Source of the DNA: the human T2T-CHM13v2.0 reference genome, Homo sapiens
Reading direction: 5' to 3' (one strand)
NCBI RefSeq assembly: GCF_009914755.1
Contig: NC_060934.1
DNA: 64,000 nt
The position numbers were made by a program, and so were the translations under genes. The first letter of the stretch is position 1, and the number at the start of each line of letters is the position of its first letter. The notes beneath the pieces were generated by a model, which was given only the letters and a program-made list of their open reading frames with translations, was not told the origin of the DNA and did no database searches. Positions 50,165 to 64,000 of this stretch are shown here, piece after piece.

Positions 50165-50420
50165 AATAGTACTATAGCAGCAGCGCACCCTTGCACAGCG
50201 CCCACTAGGTGCAGGGGCCTGTTCTGCGTGCTTTCCATATATTCCCTCATTTAATCCTCACCACGACCCTGCAAAGCAGGTGCTTTTACTCTCCTCTTTT
50301 CCAGGTTAGGAAGCTGAGCCCAGAAAGGTTAAGGAATTGCCGAAAGCCACACAGCTGGTGAGCAGGGAAGCCAACCCAGCAGGCTGGCTGCGGGGTCCAC
50401 GAGCTTGGCCACTGCACTGA
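50165..50420 (-). mobile_element. MIR SINE
   Basis: ctcatttaatcctcaccacgaccctgc...gaagctgagcccagaaaggttaaggaattgcc...cacacagct. Confidence 0.8.
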
Positions 50421-50929
50421 CACTTCCCAGCTTCCTCAGACTTGTTATTGGAAAGTGGAGACAGTGACACCAGCCTCAATGGGAGCTCAGGAGGGTGCAT
50501 TAGGAAAATCCAGGCAAACTGTTCAGGACAGCACTAAGCATTAGCTCATGTTGATGGTGCTATTGTTTTCAAATAAACTGGACCCATAAGAACAATTCCT
50601 TCCTAACTCACAGGGTTGTCTTGAGGGTTAGGAGAGACCAATTCAAGAGGCCGTCCCCAGGGCAATGCCTGGCCCTCGGCAGGTGCCCGTGGATATTGGT
50701 TTTCTTCTGCTTTCTCTGCCTCCTTTTCCCATCCCTTCTCACTCAACCTGAAGATTCTTGTCTTGAGATTTTCCCATGTACCACCCAGCAGAGTAACCAT
50801 ACAGGCACCTCTCCCAAGATCCTCAGCCCCACTGCCGTTCCTGTCAAACTGGGTGGAACTCTACATGGGCCCAGAGTGCCAGCCTTACGCGGGCCTGCCC
50901 TGACCACTATGCGGCGACTTCAAAGTGGC

Positions 50930-51175
50930 TCCCCCAGCCCCTGCCCCCTCCACCTGCACAACTCCATTTGGCTCCGTTCAGCTTGTTCTTTTGGCCACAG
51001 CCTCATGGCCCTCTAACACACTCTACAATTCACCTCTGACCGTATTTGTGATGTTTTCTGTCCCCCACCTCCTCCAGCTAGAGTGTAAGACCCACAAGAG
51101 TGAGGATTGCCACTTTGTTCACTGATGCATCCCAAGCATAGGAAGCCCCAGTGAGTGTCTGCGGAACGAATGAAT
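50930..51175 (+). mobile_element. L2 3' end
   Basis: ctagagtgtaagacccacaagagtgagg...tttgttcactgatgcatcccaagca...gaatgaat. Confidence 0.7.
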
Positions 51176-51598
51176 TCCCGCTTGTTGACCACTCTTCCCT
51201 GCCCGTTGCCTCCTGTATTCACCAGAGAAACTCCCACTCATCCTACAGACCCCTGCCTCTTGGAAACCCTGCCCCATGCCACCCACCCCTGCTTCCTTGC
51301 TGACAGCTCACAGTGCACCCTCCTTTAGTCATATCCCTTGTCACTGCGCTTTGCCTCACCGACCTTCCTTCCCAGACCTCCCCACTGGCCCTTCTGGGAC
51401 CCCACTTCCTTTAAGAGCACCCCCTCTGTCCTCAGCCTTGTGATGGAGGCTTTGCCGCTGGTGACCCATCTCCTCTATCCTCTCTGGGGCGGCTGTTTCT
51501 GTTCCTACATCTCACTCCCTTGTGTGGTTCCCAAGATCCCCACATCCCTTTCACATCCCTAGGGGTGTTTCCAGACTGTGAGGCCATCAGACCCTTTC

Positions 51599-51733
51599 TT
51601 TTTTTTTTTTTTTTTGAGAGACAGGGTCTTGCCATGTTGCCCAGGCTGGTCTCGAACTCCTAGGCTCAAGTGATCTGCCCACCTCAGCCTCCCAAAGTGC
51701 TGAGTTTACAGACATGAGCCACTGCACCCTGCC
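51599..51733 (-). mobile_element. FLAM_C / Alu left monomer
   Basis: Poly(T) then gagacagggtcttgccatgttgcccaggctggtctcgaactcctaggctcaag...gagccactgcaccctgcc; single monomer. Confidence 0.92.
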
Positions 51734-51899
51734 CTAGAATGGGATTTTTTTTTCTCATTTAGGGTTCATGCCTCCTGATTCTACTACTTTCCCCTCTCTC
51801 CCAACCTCTTGGATCCCACCTTCCTAGCCAGCATCTTTTGCTCCTGAACTACCCAGCCTCAGGTCGCTGCCTCTCCTTCCCTGTCCAAGGTCTGCCAGC

Positions 51900-53765
51900 A
51901 GCTGATGGCCTTCAGCATCCATGTGGGTGACCCATCCAATACCTGGACTCCCCGGACCTCCAGCACCCTTCTCCAGGGACCCTCTAGCCTACTCAAGTCC
52001 AGCCCCCAATCCCAGGCCACCACTCGAAACTGCTTTTCCTCTTCCATCTTAACCCCAACATCTCTTCTTTCCCTCTGACCACATTCTCCAACTGCTCCAA
52101 TGGTTTGGTCATCAGAATGACCCTCTCACCAGCACCCCTGATTTCTTAGTACCCCCATCCTTCCCTTCATCCGCCCAGCCAGACTTAACAGGGGCCAACC
52201 CAACCACACTCTTTACACGGCAAGCTTAGGCTGGCAAGGGCCCACAGCATGAAGATTTGGCGCCAGTGTCAACATGAGGTCTCCAGTCTCAACTGCACCG
52301 TGGACATGAACCCAAAGTCCTCTGCCTGCTTGCCGGCCTCCCATTTCCCTCATGGGTTCTTTGTCTCACTGACCTTCACCCTTCTCCCTCTGCCAACCTC
52401 AATTCCCAGAGACACTTGGCTTCGTCAAAATATGAAGGCCCTTTGGTGGGACCTGCTGCCCCTGCCCTGCCTCCAAACACAGCCCCACACCCATCCTGAG
52501 TATCCTCTGTCCAGAATCAGAGGGTAAGGAAGGTCTCTCTTCAGCCTGCCAGCCCACCCTTGCAGTGAGGTGCTGGGCAGGCCCGCTCTGGAACCTCGCC
52601 CATCTCTCCCTGGCCTACAGCATGTCCCTCTCTACCAAGACTTCCTGCTCTCACCAGGCCTCTGCATGTGCTCACATCTCTCCCATCCTAAGGAGATCTT
52701 CCCTAATCTCTGCCTCTCCCTGGCAGGCCACTTGCTGTCCTCTTCTTGTGGGATACTTTACTGCATTCAGTGCAGTCCCCCACATCCTCACACTTAACAG
52801 CTGTGTCCTCCCCGGGACCACGTGACATCACCATTTCTGCTAGCCTCCTACCTCTCTGACCATCCCTCCTCTCCTGCGGGTGCCCCTTCCTCCACCCACT
52901 CACTAGAGGCCAAGGATGGCAGGGAGAGATCCCTTCTTCCCTCTGTGGGTCTTCCTGGACCGTCTCACCACCCCTGTGGTTCCCCCACTGCTGTGGGCTT
53001 ATCCTTTCCAGACGTACACGTCTGGCTCAGCCTCTCCTGCCCTCCAGACCCTGGGTTTCCAGCTGCCTCCTGGGGTTCTGTGGCCACCTTAACACCTCAT
53101 AGGCACCTCAGACTCACCATGTCTCAACCTGAGATTGGCCTTGAGTTTCCAAGTCGGCTCCACTCCCGGAATTCCTCAGGGCTGGGTTGCACCACTGCTC
53201 AGCCCCAGGACAAGGCCACCTTGACTCCTCCCTCTCATCCCACACACATCCCATCAGTCTCTGGGTCCCAACAACTTGACCTCCTAAATGTTTCTCAACC
53301 CGTCCCTCTCCCTGTCCCGCTACCACAGCCCAAGGTCAAGCCCTCATCATCTCCTGTCTGGGTTATTGCAACAGCCTCCCCTGCCTCATGCCTCTGCTCA
53401 CTGAGTCAGCTGCCACACTGCTGCCAGGGTCACCACTTAAAATGCAAATCCAAACAAGCCGCTCTCCAGCTTTAGAACCTGTAAGATGAAATCAAACTGC
53501 TAAGGGTGGCCCACCGGCAGACCCAGTGCCCCACTGAGCCTCCAGAATCCTCTCCCTCCACCCTGGGCTGGGGTGTGTGTTATCACAGCACAAGGCAATA
53601 ATCACTTCACACAGCTTCATGCCTCCCTGGTTTTGTTCACGCTGTTTCATCTGCTGACAGCACTCTGCCCCATTTTCAGTCTGCTTAATTCTCTCGTCTT
53701 TCAAGACTGATCTCAGGCGCCTCCTCTTCCAGAAAGCCTCCACTGACTACCCCTCCTCCCACCTG
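51900..53765 (+). mobile_element. Long degraded L2 LINE
   Basis: C-rich L2 ORF2/3' UTR motifs (ttcagcatccatgtgggtgacccatccaa; aggcacctcagactcaccatgtc; ggttattgcaacagcctcc). Confidence 0.65.
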
Positions 53766-53817
53766 AGGCTGATGCTGTGCTAGGGGATAAGATCATTCTG
53801 TTCAAAGTACTTGTTTA

Positions 53818-54188
<371 letters not shown>

Positions 54189-54330
54189 TCAGGAGAAATA
54201 GGTGGAGGTAAGAAAGATGCCTGGCACTCAGTGGATACCCAGCTCATGCCCAGCTATCCTCTCCAGCCGTGCTCCAAGCGGAGCCTAAGGGTGGCTCCTC
54301 CTTCCATACTTAGGAAATCTTGAAAGTATT

Positions 54331-54625
54331 GGCCGGGCACAGTGGCTCACGATTGTAATCCCAGCACTCTGGGAGGCTGAGCTGGGTAGATCACCTGAGA
54401 TCAGGAGTTCAAGACAAGCCTGGCCAACATGGTGAAACCCCATCTCTACTAAAAATACAAAAATTACCCAGGCATGGTGGCACACGCCTGTAATCCCAGA
54501 TACTCAGGAGGCTGAGGCAGGAGAATTGCTTGAACTCAGGAGGTGAAGGTTGCAGCGAGCCAAAATCGGGCCACTGCGCTCCAGCCTGGGCAACAGAGCA
54601 AGACTCCATCTCAAAAAAAAAAAAA
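54331..54625 (+). mobile_element. AluS (Sx/Sz-like)
   Basis: Full dimer; TSD aaagtatt on both sides. Confidence 0.97.
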
Positions 54626-57600
54626 GTATTGTGTTGCCTTCCACCCTTTCCAGCGGATGGGTGGCTGAACTGGGCACACCATACAGCATTTAAAATGAGC
54701 AGTGTACAATTTTTGGCCAAATCTAAGCCAGATCTTCCCCAGCAGCTCTGTCCCAGCTTTGCATCGGTGTCTGTCACTGAAGCTCCCTTTCTTCCAGCTC
54801 TATCTCAACTCCAGCACCTCCCCTCCAAGCTCTCCCTGACTCAGTTTAGTCCCCATACATAGAACCAAGCTGGGGCCGGGAAAAAATGCACCCACCAGGA
54901 AGCAAGAAGCACGGTTCTACTCCCGGTTCTGCCATTGACCCCCAGTGTGATCTGAGTTGATGCATCCCACATGGGGCCTCAGTTTCTCCCTTATACTTAT
55001 AGAGTTATAAGTATCCCCCTTATTCTTACAGAGTTAAGAATAGAACCAGAGTACCCTTTGGGACTTTAAGATCTACATAGAGAATTCCTGGAGGCTATGA
55101 ATGAGGGTGCAGCCTCGACGTCACCAAGGCGCTCGTGAGATGATTGTGCCCCCATCCATAGGGACCCCATAGACACAGCCTCCTCTCTGCTCTCTATGCA
55201 TTTTGCTTTTCACCTCCAGCCACAAGGCAACTCTGGTTGTTAAAAATAAAAACAGCCCAGAGCCGCCAGATCCAGGGATGACAACTCTTCTAAACCAAGG
55301 GAGGGGGTGCTGTTTTTGTTACAGTCACTGAGCTTGACTCTAATCCAGGAAAATCAAATCGAGACATGACTTGGCCCCTCCGAGCTGGTTTGACCCCAGA
55401 GATGTGGGTCAATCCTTGCTGTGGTGGCATCTGAGTATTTCATGCCAACATCACAGAGCAAGAGACAGGAGCACGGTTTATGCGTACTGGGACAGTCAGT
55501 GAGATTCGGTGAAGGACATGAGGTACCTAGGCAGCACTGGGCTTCAGGCTGGCACCGGGGAAGGACAGACAGGAGGCAACCCCCTCCTTGGTCAGCCCCA
55601 AGAGCATCAGCTGTGCCCCGAGTCGGGGGACTCAGAACATTTAGAGAAAACTCCACAGAGGAGGCAAAATTTGAAAAAAGGGAGAGGAGCTACGACGGCA
55701 TCAAGAAGGGGCAAGGCATGCCTTTGACCGTGTCACTCCTGCAAAAAGCCTTCCTTGGCTCCCCGCTGTCAAGTGGATGAAGTCCAGACTCCTCAGCTGG
55801 CAGGCAAAGGCCTTCCCATGCTGACCCCAGGGTGACCTCTTCCCTCCAGCATCCCTGGGCTCCCCATTCTGTCTCACCCTTCCTCACACACCCTGGGTGT
55901 CAGCCTGGGTGGCCACATATGCCAGGCTCTGTTGCTCTCCAGTGGCTTTGCACATGCCATCTGCAGAGAATGAAACGCCCTTCCCACCGCTCGCTGCCCC
56001 ATCTTGACTTCATCTTCATGGAAAATCCCTTCGTGCTCTTTCAGTCCCACCTCCAGTGACCCTTCTCCACGGAACCTGCCTCAACTCACCCAGCTGGAGT
56101 TGAACCATTTGTCCTCCGCTTCTGCAGAGCAGCCCTTTATGTTCAGACAAACAAACAAATAAACAAAGATGTGCTCCACCAGACAAAAATAATCCCTATC
56201 CACTAAGAAACATGTTGCTGCCCAGCTTTCGCAATTGCTGTCTCACTTGATTCTCACACTCTGTGGGGTAGGAAGGAAAAGAGTAGCATTGGCTACAGTT
56301 CATGATGAGGCACCTGAGGCTCAGAAACCTCGGGGCACTCAGTCATGGTCACTCAGTCACTTGCTAGCATTGAAGAGATCGGCTCTAGATTCTTGACTCT
56401 AGAAGGGAAGACACCCAGTTCTGACTTGGTTTGCCCATCTGTCTACCGTACCTCCCTGTCTTCTCAAGGGAACCCCTCATTCCTTGAAGGGGGGGGCCTC
56501 ATCCAAATCACATGGTGTCCCCTAGAGCACCTAGCTCAGTGCTCAGCACACAGTAGGTCTGATGGTTTCCCAACAAAGAAGTGGAGTCTGAGCAGTGCTG
56601 GGGGAGAGGATGTGCAGAGGGAAGGTTCCTGCCAACCAGGGTGGTGTGTCTGGGTCAAGAGGAAGAAAAGGTGATGGGCAGACTGGGGTAGGCAGGGTGA
56701 GGCCAACCAGGCCATTCAGGCTGATGCATGGGCAATGGGGAGCCATAGGAGGTTGTAGAGAAAGGCCTGCTTCAAAGGGACTCCAAGCCAGAGCCCCAAG
56801 GGAAGAGGTGTGGCCATAAGAGGGACTTCCCAACCCAGGCCAGAACCCCACACTTCCCCTAGCTCAGAGGTGGCTGCGGCTCTGCATGCAGACTTAGGAG
56901 GACAGCTTCCTCTCCAGGTGAGAGACGTCAGACACAGCTATTGTGAGGGTCTGGGGAGAGACAGGACAGAAGCAGCAGACCCTGGAGTAGCAGCCTGAAT
57001 GCACCTCTCCCGGGGGCTTCCCAGGGTTAGAAAAGGCCTGGCTCTCCAGGAGGCTGGGAACAGAAGAGAGAGTGGAGAGTGCCAGGAGTCCCCCAGCCCC
57101 AGGCCCTGCAGGAGGGAGGAGAGCTCTCTGCCACCTCAGCCCAGCCCTGCTCCGGGGAGCGCTCCACACACCACCAGCAGACAAGTCTCCAGACAGTGCT
57201 CGTGTGTCAGCATTTCTGAAGATGTGGAGGAGAAGTCTGTGGATTTAATGGGACAGCAGTCTGCAAGGAGAACCAACAGGATGGGATGGGGAAGGAGATG
57301 CCTCCGCAGGGCAGATGGACAGCAGCCTGGGCACCCAGCCACAGCCATGCAGGGAGCTCTCAGCAGGCCACATTCCTCACATGCTGCAGGGAGGTGGCGC
57401 GTCAGGGCAGAGAGGGCTGCACTTGCCTGTCCCGGTCACTAGCACCACATATAGAGTGTGGCTCCTGAGAGTGGGCCCAGGCACAGCCACAGCCAAGAAA
57501 CTTGCCAAGGGAACATGCTCCAGTTCCCACATGGACCCACATGGACTCTCCACGGCCAGTGGCACAGTCTGCCCCCTGCCTGGGCTTCCCGGACCCTACA

Positions 57601-57704
57601 CATTTGACCCCAGGGCCCCTCACCCCATCATCTCTCAGGCTTCCTAGATGTCTTCCTAGATCTCCACCTCTAGCCCTTACACAGATCATTTCCCCAACTT
57701 GGAC

Positions 57705-57884
57705 CAGGTGGCCAGGTGAAATACTGGGTGCTCAGTTAGCTTTGGATTTTAGGTTAACAATGAGTGTTTAGTATAAGTATGTCCCATACAACACGGGAGA
57801 TACTATACTACAAATGTATTCATTCTTTACCCGAAATTCACCGGGGCATCCTGTATTTTTATTTTCCTAAATCTGGTAACTCCA
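57705..57884. mobile_element. MER53 palindromic hAT-type MITE
   Basis: tttagtataagtatgtccca...gggagatactatacta...gggcatcctgtatttttattttcctaaatctggtaac. Confidence 0.88.
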
Positions 57885-57994
57885 ATGTCAATGCCCCAAT
57901 CCCTCAACGCCGCCTTTAGTGACAGGCATTCTTCCTTCCATCTAGAGGGTAGGCCCTGTTGGCTTTGCCTTCTGAGGGCCTCTGTCTTCCATTC

Positions 57995-58519
57995 TGTTCC
58001 AGTTTCTCTGTTGCTGTATACTAAACTACTCTACAACTTAGTGACTGATAATGAAAACGATTTTATTCTATCTTGAGATTTGTGTTGATCAGGAATTCAC
58101 ACAGGGTTCAGCCGGGTAAATCTTCCAGTCCCTATGGCGTGCATGGGTGCTACTCAAGTACTATTCAGCTGGTGGATGGGCCCTTCTGAAAGCCCTGTGT
58201 TGGCTTCACTCGCATGTCTGGCATCATGATGGGGACGCCTGGAAGGCAGAGCTCCACTGAAACTGTCCTCCAGAGCACCTGTCACGTGGCAGCCTTGGGG
58301 TAACTGGATTCCATGGGGGCTCAAGGCTTCCACATGGAGTGTTCCAAGGATCCCAAGCAACCTGTGTGCTTTCTTATGACTCAGCCTTGGAAGTCCCAAA
58401 CATCACTTCTGCCACATTCTATTTACTGATCAAGCAGTTCAATGCAAGGGCCAAAAATTAGACTCTATTTCTTGATAGGAGGAGCAGCAACGATGTGCAG
58501 CCATTTCTGATCTATCACA
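57995..58519 (-). mobile_element. MLT1G/H-type MaLR LTR
   Basis: ttgctgtatactaaactactctacaacttagtg...tcaggaattc...catcacttctgccacattctatt...atctatcaca. Confidence 0.8.
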
Positions 58520-58850
58520 CGTCGCCTCCTCTCCATCCCCTCCACACCGCCCAGGCTCAGACACTCATCTCTGGCCTGTGCGCTTTCCAGCCTCCTTCTG
58601 ACCTGTTTCCTCACCTCTGCCTTCTGATCCATCCTCCACTTCAGCTACTATGAACTCATTTTTCCTAAGATCCTGGATTGACTATGTTGCTTACTGCTTG
58701 ATCATTTTCATTGGATCCTTCCTAGACTCTAAGCTCCACAGGGACAGGGAACAAGACCTTTATTTTTTCACTGAGGTGTGCCCAGTACCTAGCACAGTCT
58801 AATATATAGTAAGTGCTGAGTAAATATTAGTGGAATAAATACCTGAAGGA
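58520..58850 (+). mobile_element. L2 3' fragments
   Basis: ctagactctaagctccacagggacaggg...cctagcacagtctaatatatagtaagtgctgagtaaatatt. Confidence 0.7.
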
Positions 58851-59912
58851 ATGAGCTGTGGGATAATGTCCAAACTCCATAGCCTGATATTCACACATTT
58901 TGGTAATATACCGCCTCATCTTGTCACCTTGAATGTAGCCCTATCATACTTTCCAACATTCCTTAAACGTGTTTCTTCCCTCAATGGCTTCTCATGGTCT
59001 GTTCTCTCAGCACATGCTGCTCGTCCTCTCTTACCTACCTTATGAACTCCTATGCATTCTTCACAGCCCTGCTCAAGTATCACTCTCTCTCTGAAGCACC
59101 AGTTCCCACAGCTTTTTTCCATGTCAATCAACAATACATTTGTCTCAAATGTAAATTCCACCTGAGATCTAGCTCCCCAAACACATAGTATGGGTAAACG
59201 GCTTCCTGAGATCAGGGGCAGCCTGCTAAGTAAGTCAGGCACTTTAATAAACATTCATGGAGGACAACTAAATGCCTCTCCCTTCTCTCAGCCTGAGCAG
59301 CATCTCCCAAGGACGTGTTATGGCCTCATTTCTCACAGCAAACCTTTCCTGACCACCACTTCCCACAAATATGCACCATGCTTTATTGGGCCCTAATTTC
59401 CCACTGCAGTTAGCCCACACTCATTAGACACTAACTGTATACTGACAGACACCACTCATCCTTCTGATAATTCAGCTAAGATTCCCTGGGAACCTCCAGT
59501 AAGTAGGACCTGCACCAGGTACTAGAGACTTGGGGACTTTTGCCCTGCTGCCTGGAGTTCACAGTCTGCTGGGTAGACAACAAGTAAACAAGCAATGGCA
59601 ATAGAGATCCTGGGGGTGCATATGAGGGATGGCTCTCAGGAGGGACCCTCCATGCCATCATGGGCTGGGGAGGTTGCCAGGGAACTGAGGTCTAAATTTG
59701 TACAAAGGAAAGATAGAGGGAACATGGGCAAAGGTCTGGAGGGAAGAACTCATTTCAGGAAACAATTAAAGATCATTTGGGCTGGAACATAGAAAGCAGG
59801 GATGGGGAAGGGGGGTTAAGGCAAGAGAGGAAATCAAAAGCCAGGTTGTTAAGGGCCTTCCACATTCAATAAGACACTGGGGCTTCCAGGCAGAGGCCCA
59901 TAATGCTAATTA

Positions 59913-60445
<533 letters not shown>

Positions 60446-61591
60446 CACAACTGCCCATTTACTGAGAAGGGAGCTCAATGGATGGGGACAGAGTCCCATT
60501 AGCACTTTCATGGCCTTTCATCTGGGCAGGACACGGTGCCCTTATCGTGAGAGTCAGAAGGGCTCTGAGAAGCCCTGAGTTCTTGTGCCATGTTGGGTTA
60601 CCCATCCCTAAAATCAGAAGGCTGGAGGACTTCAGTTGATGCCAGGATGGGGATGAGCTGCTCCAAGTCTTCCCTCCACTTCAGCCTGCAGCTCCCAGAG
60701 AGCCATGCCCAGGCCTGCCTTTCCCCTGGGCTCCCCCTAGGACGCCGAGGATAGGGCCAGGGTCCCTGCAGGGCCTCAAGGGCACTAGGACTGATTCCAC
60801 TTCATGACACCAAATTCAAAGAACCCAGCCTCCACTGTCATAGGGCTCCTCTTAGCAAGCAGGTGCCCCTCTCCCCAACAAATACCCTCTGGAGTTCAGG
60901 TAGGGGAGAAGGGACAAGGCTACTCAGAGACACCACTGTGCTGGCGCCCAGAATGGCCATGGGGTGAGCCCAGTGATGGTGGCACACGGCAAACCCTGCT
61001 GTATTGGGACCAAGCCCAGGTTCCCTAGTCTGGCCTCTCTAAGAAAGAGTTCCAAAGGGGAGAGGGGCTGGCCCAGGTCACACAGCAGGTCAGTGGTGGG
61101 TTGGCCCCTGGCCCAGCCAGCAGTCCCCTTTGTTATCAATCACTAATGCTGTGCCTGAGAGGCTGACTATGGTCATCTGGTCAGCTGGTCATCATCCGAG
61201 GTGCTACCATTACCACCACAGCCATTCAGAGAGAAAGAGTGAGCAGCCCGGTGTCTCAGTGTCTGCAAGGCACTCTGCTGAAGGCTCCAGGCTGCCCTTG
61301 ATAAATGGGCATGGCTCAAAGCCTCTCAGCTGTCTGGGGACAGCCTCAGAATGGTGAAGGTGGAGGGAAGAAAGGCGTGCAGCCAGACGGGTCTGGGTTC
61401 AATTCCTACACTGCATTCCTAGCTGGGACCTGGAATTTCAGAATGGGAATTCAGAGAGGAAGTTCCAAATTCTTGCTTATCTCAGTCATTGTGATAATGG
61501 CCTGGTGGTTATGGAAGACGATGTTCCTATGTCAGAGACACACATTGAAGTGTATGAAGGTGACATGTCATGAAGACTCAAGCTTACTCTT

Positions 61592-61762
61592 ATCCCAGAG
61601 CTGCCCAAATGCTATTGCATACATGGATCTCATGGGAACTCTATTAAAAGGCAGATTCTGATTCAAAGGGACTGGGGTGGGGCCTGAGATTCTGCATTTC
61701 TAACGAATTCCTGGCTAAGCCCATGCGGCTGGTCCACAGAATACACTTGGAATAGAGAGGAT
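61592..61762 (-). mobile_element. MER5A within L1M fragments
   Basis: gcagattctgattca...ctggggtggggcctgagattctgcatttctaac. Confidence 0.8.
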
Positions 61763-61887
61763 TTAGGATTCTTCAGCAACAGCATCAGCAAAGAAAGATA
61801 AGGCAGCCAGGATGGAACTGGATTATGATGGAAGCTGGGTGGTGGGGTAAAAGGAATTCATTATGCCAGTCTCAAGACTTTTTTGGT

Positions 61888-62072
61888 ATGTGGGAGCCGG
61901 AGGAAGGAATGGGGAGTGACTGCTAATGGGTACAAGATTTCTTTGGGAGATGATGAAAATGTTCTAAAATTAGATTATGGTGATGGTTGCACAATCTGTA
62001 AATATACATGGAACCATGGAATTGTACACTTTAAATGGATGAACTTTAAACAGTAAAGCTGTTAAAAAAAAG
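61888..62072 (+). mobile_element. L1MB/MC 3' end
   Basis: gaatggggagtgactgctaatgggtacaagatttctttgggagatgatgaaaatgttctaaaattagat...aaagctgttaaaaaaaa. Confidence 0.88.
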
Positions 62073-63449
62073 AATCGTAACTTTTTCATGGGGTCTTATG
62101 AGAAAGAAATGAGCGTATGTAAAATGCCTAGTGCCCTGGGAGGTGTAATAAATGAAATTCCCTTCCCTTAGAAGTTTGCATTTTCATGGATTGAAATTCT
62201 TTGAAGCAGAACCCACATGTGTCCAAAGCCAAAAATTAGCCCGTCTTTGGGGTTCACTGACAAAGGAAAGACGGGTTTCAGAGGGAGGCACTGGGAAAAT
62301 CCTGGAGACCTGGTCTAACACATGGAGGAACAAGAGGAATGGCCCTCATCCTGCCTGGCTGCTCTGGGCCTTGTGCAATGGATGGTTAGGCCCCCACTCC
62401 CCAGGGCATGAGTGTTTCCGCCTTCCTGCCCTCGCCTCCATCCTAGTGATGGAAGCTGGATCCAGGGTTCTGATGACCCTGTTAGGCCTCCTATCCTAAG
62501 CGCTTCTCCCCTCAACTTTTCAAGCCCAGTACCAATGCCACCTCCTCCAAGCAGCATTCCCCGACCTTCCATATCCCTGGATTCGCCTCTCCCTTAGAAA
62601 AAGGATCATTTTCTTCAGCCCAAACTATTAGGTCACACCGACTTCACACCCTGAAGGGCTCAATGGGCAGCCAGCACTTACAGAGCCCTTACAGGTGCCC
62701 TGCCAAGCCTCCACTATGGGGCGTACATCAGAGAATCATTCATTCACTCGTGCATTCATTCAAAAATCACCTTCCAAGCTGTTTGATGGGATATTTCTCA
62801 CCTATTATGAGCCAGTCACCTTGACATCTCACCCTGACCCAGAGAGAGGTGAGCCTGAAGTGCCTGCCACCTGGTGTCATGGGTGCCCAGGATGGACCCA
62901 GGGCTGGAAGCCAGGAAGCCTGGGTCTTCATCAGCTACATGACCACAAGCAACGGGCTTCATCTCTCTGGGCCTCAGTTTTTTCATCAACAGAATGGGGA
63001 CAAGAAACCATACCTGCCACCCTCCCCACCGAGCTATTGGGAAATAAGAGGAGCCCTGTCTGGGAAGCCCACCCAGCTTTTTAAAATGCTCTGCTGCCTA
63101 TGAGATCGAGCAGCTGAAAGGCAGAGAAAAGAGTCCTGGCCTGGGGAACAAGGCAGCCCCTTTTTCTTCCCCCAGAGAACCTCAGTTTCCCCTTTTGTCA
63201 TAAGAGGATGACAAGTCCTCCTCCCAGGACTGCTGGGAGGAGAATGGTCTGCTGGGACCTGCCAAGATCAGTGAAGTCAGAGCTCTCATCCAGGAGAGGA
63301 GAATAGGTGTGTGGGGGTTGAAGGGGGTGGGGGTTGGGGACAGCATGGGACATCCTGCATATGGTATCTGAGAACAGCAGTGGAGCCTGGGGTCCATGAC
63401 CCCCTGAAGCAGTGTTACAGCCAGAAGGAGGTGGGCACCACTCATTCAG

Positions 63450-63650
63450 GAGCTGTGAGCATCGACTCTGGCACCAGACTGCCTTGGTTCCAAACCCCAG
63501 CCTCACCACTTACCAGCTGTGGGACACATAGACTTCTTGTTCTTGGTTCCTCATCTATAAAATTAGGATAATAATAATTGCTAGCTTATGGGTTGTTCAG
63601 AGGATTTATTCAGTTGATCTAAGTAAAGTGTTTAGAATAGGGCCAGCTCT
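63450..63650 (+). mobile_element. MIR SINE
   Basis: gactctggcaccagactgccttggttccaaaccccagcctcaccacttaccagctgtg...ttcctcatctataaaat. Confidence 0.85.
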
Positions 63651-63682
63651 TACAGAAGCTATGCCAGTGTTAGCTTTCACTG

Positions 63683-64000
63683 TTCACTCATTCCGCAGGT
63701 ACCTGCTAGGCAGGGTACTGGGAACACAGCCGAGAAAAAGGCCCAGTGGCCCTACCCTCAGAGAGCAGACAGTCCAGACACACCAGACAGAGAGCTCACA
63801 AACTCATGGACAATGGCACATTGTGATAGTGCCAGGGATTAGGCAAACAGGAGATGGAGTGAGCTATTAAGGAGAAGGAGGAACGTATTATTTTGTAGCA
63901 GTCAGGGAGGGCCTCTCTAAGGAGGTGTCTTTTTGGCTAAGGACCGAAGGATGTAAAAGAGCCAGTCATGAAAAGAGCAAAGGGGGAGGGGAATGTCTAG
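63683..64000 (-). mobile_element. L2 3' fragment running off the window
   Basis: ttcactcattc...ctgggaacacagc...gtcagggagggcctctctaaggaggtg. Confidence 0.7.

Noticed and set aside
52822-53475. 217-aa ORF
   Set aside because: Lies within degraded L2 sequence.

Overview
Primate (very probably human) non-coding genomic DNA, moderately GC-rich and dense in ancient repeats (MIR, L2, MLT1/LTR16, hAT-type MERs, L1M scraps), with seven Alus and one FLAM. I find no credible protein-coding gene, RNA gene, CRISPR array or prokaryotic element; the six-frame ORFs look like chance products of GC-rich or repeat DNA. The main landmark is a CpG island at about 48.8-49.5 kb with promoter/enhancer architecture. 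Between the repeats lie several AT-rich, homeodomain/SOX/POU/FOX-motif-rich unique islands, as in the intron or desert of a developmental regulatory locus; I cannot name the locus from sequence alone. The most unusual structures seen directly are a cluster of perfect inverted repeats at 21.9-22.1 kb, a 137-bp 96%-identical local duplication 1.9 kb apart, and two tandem, co-varying hairpins at 55.0 kb. I found no evidence strong enough to claim a new biological system. Family calls for ancient repeats come from recalled consensus sequences, their boundaries are approximate, and many small MIR/L2 fragments are not listed.
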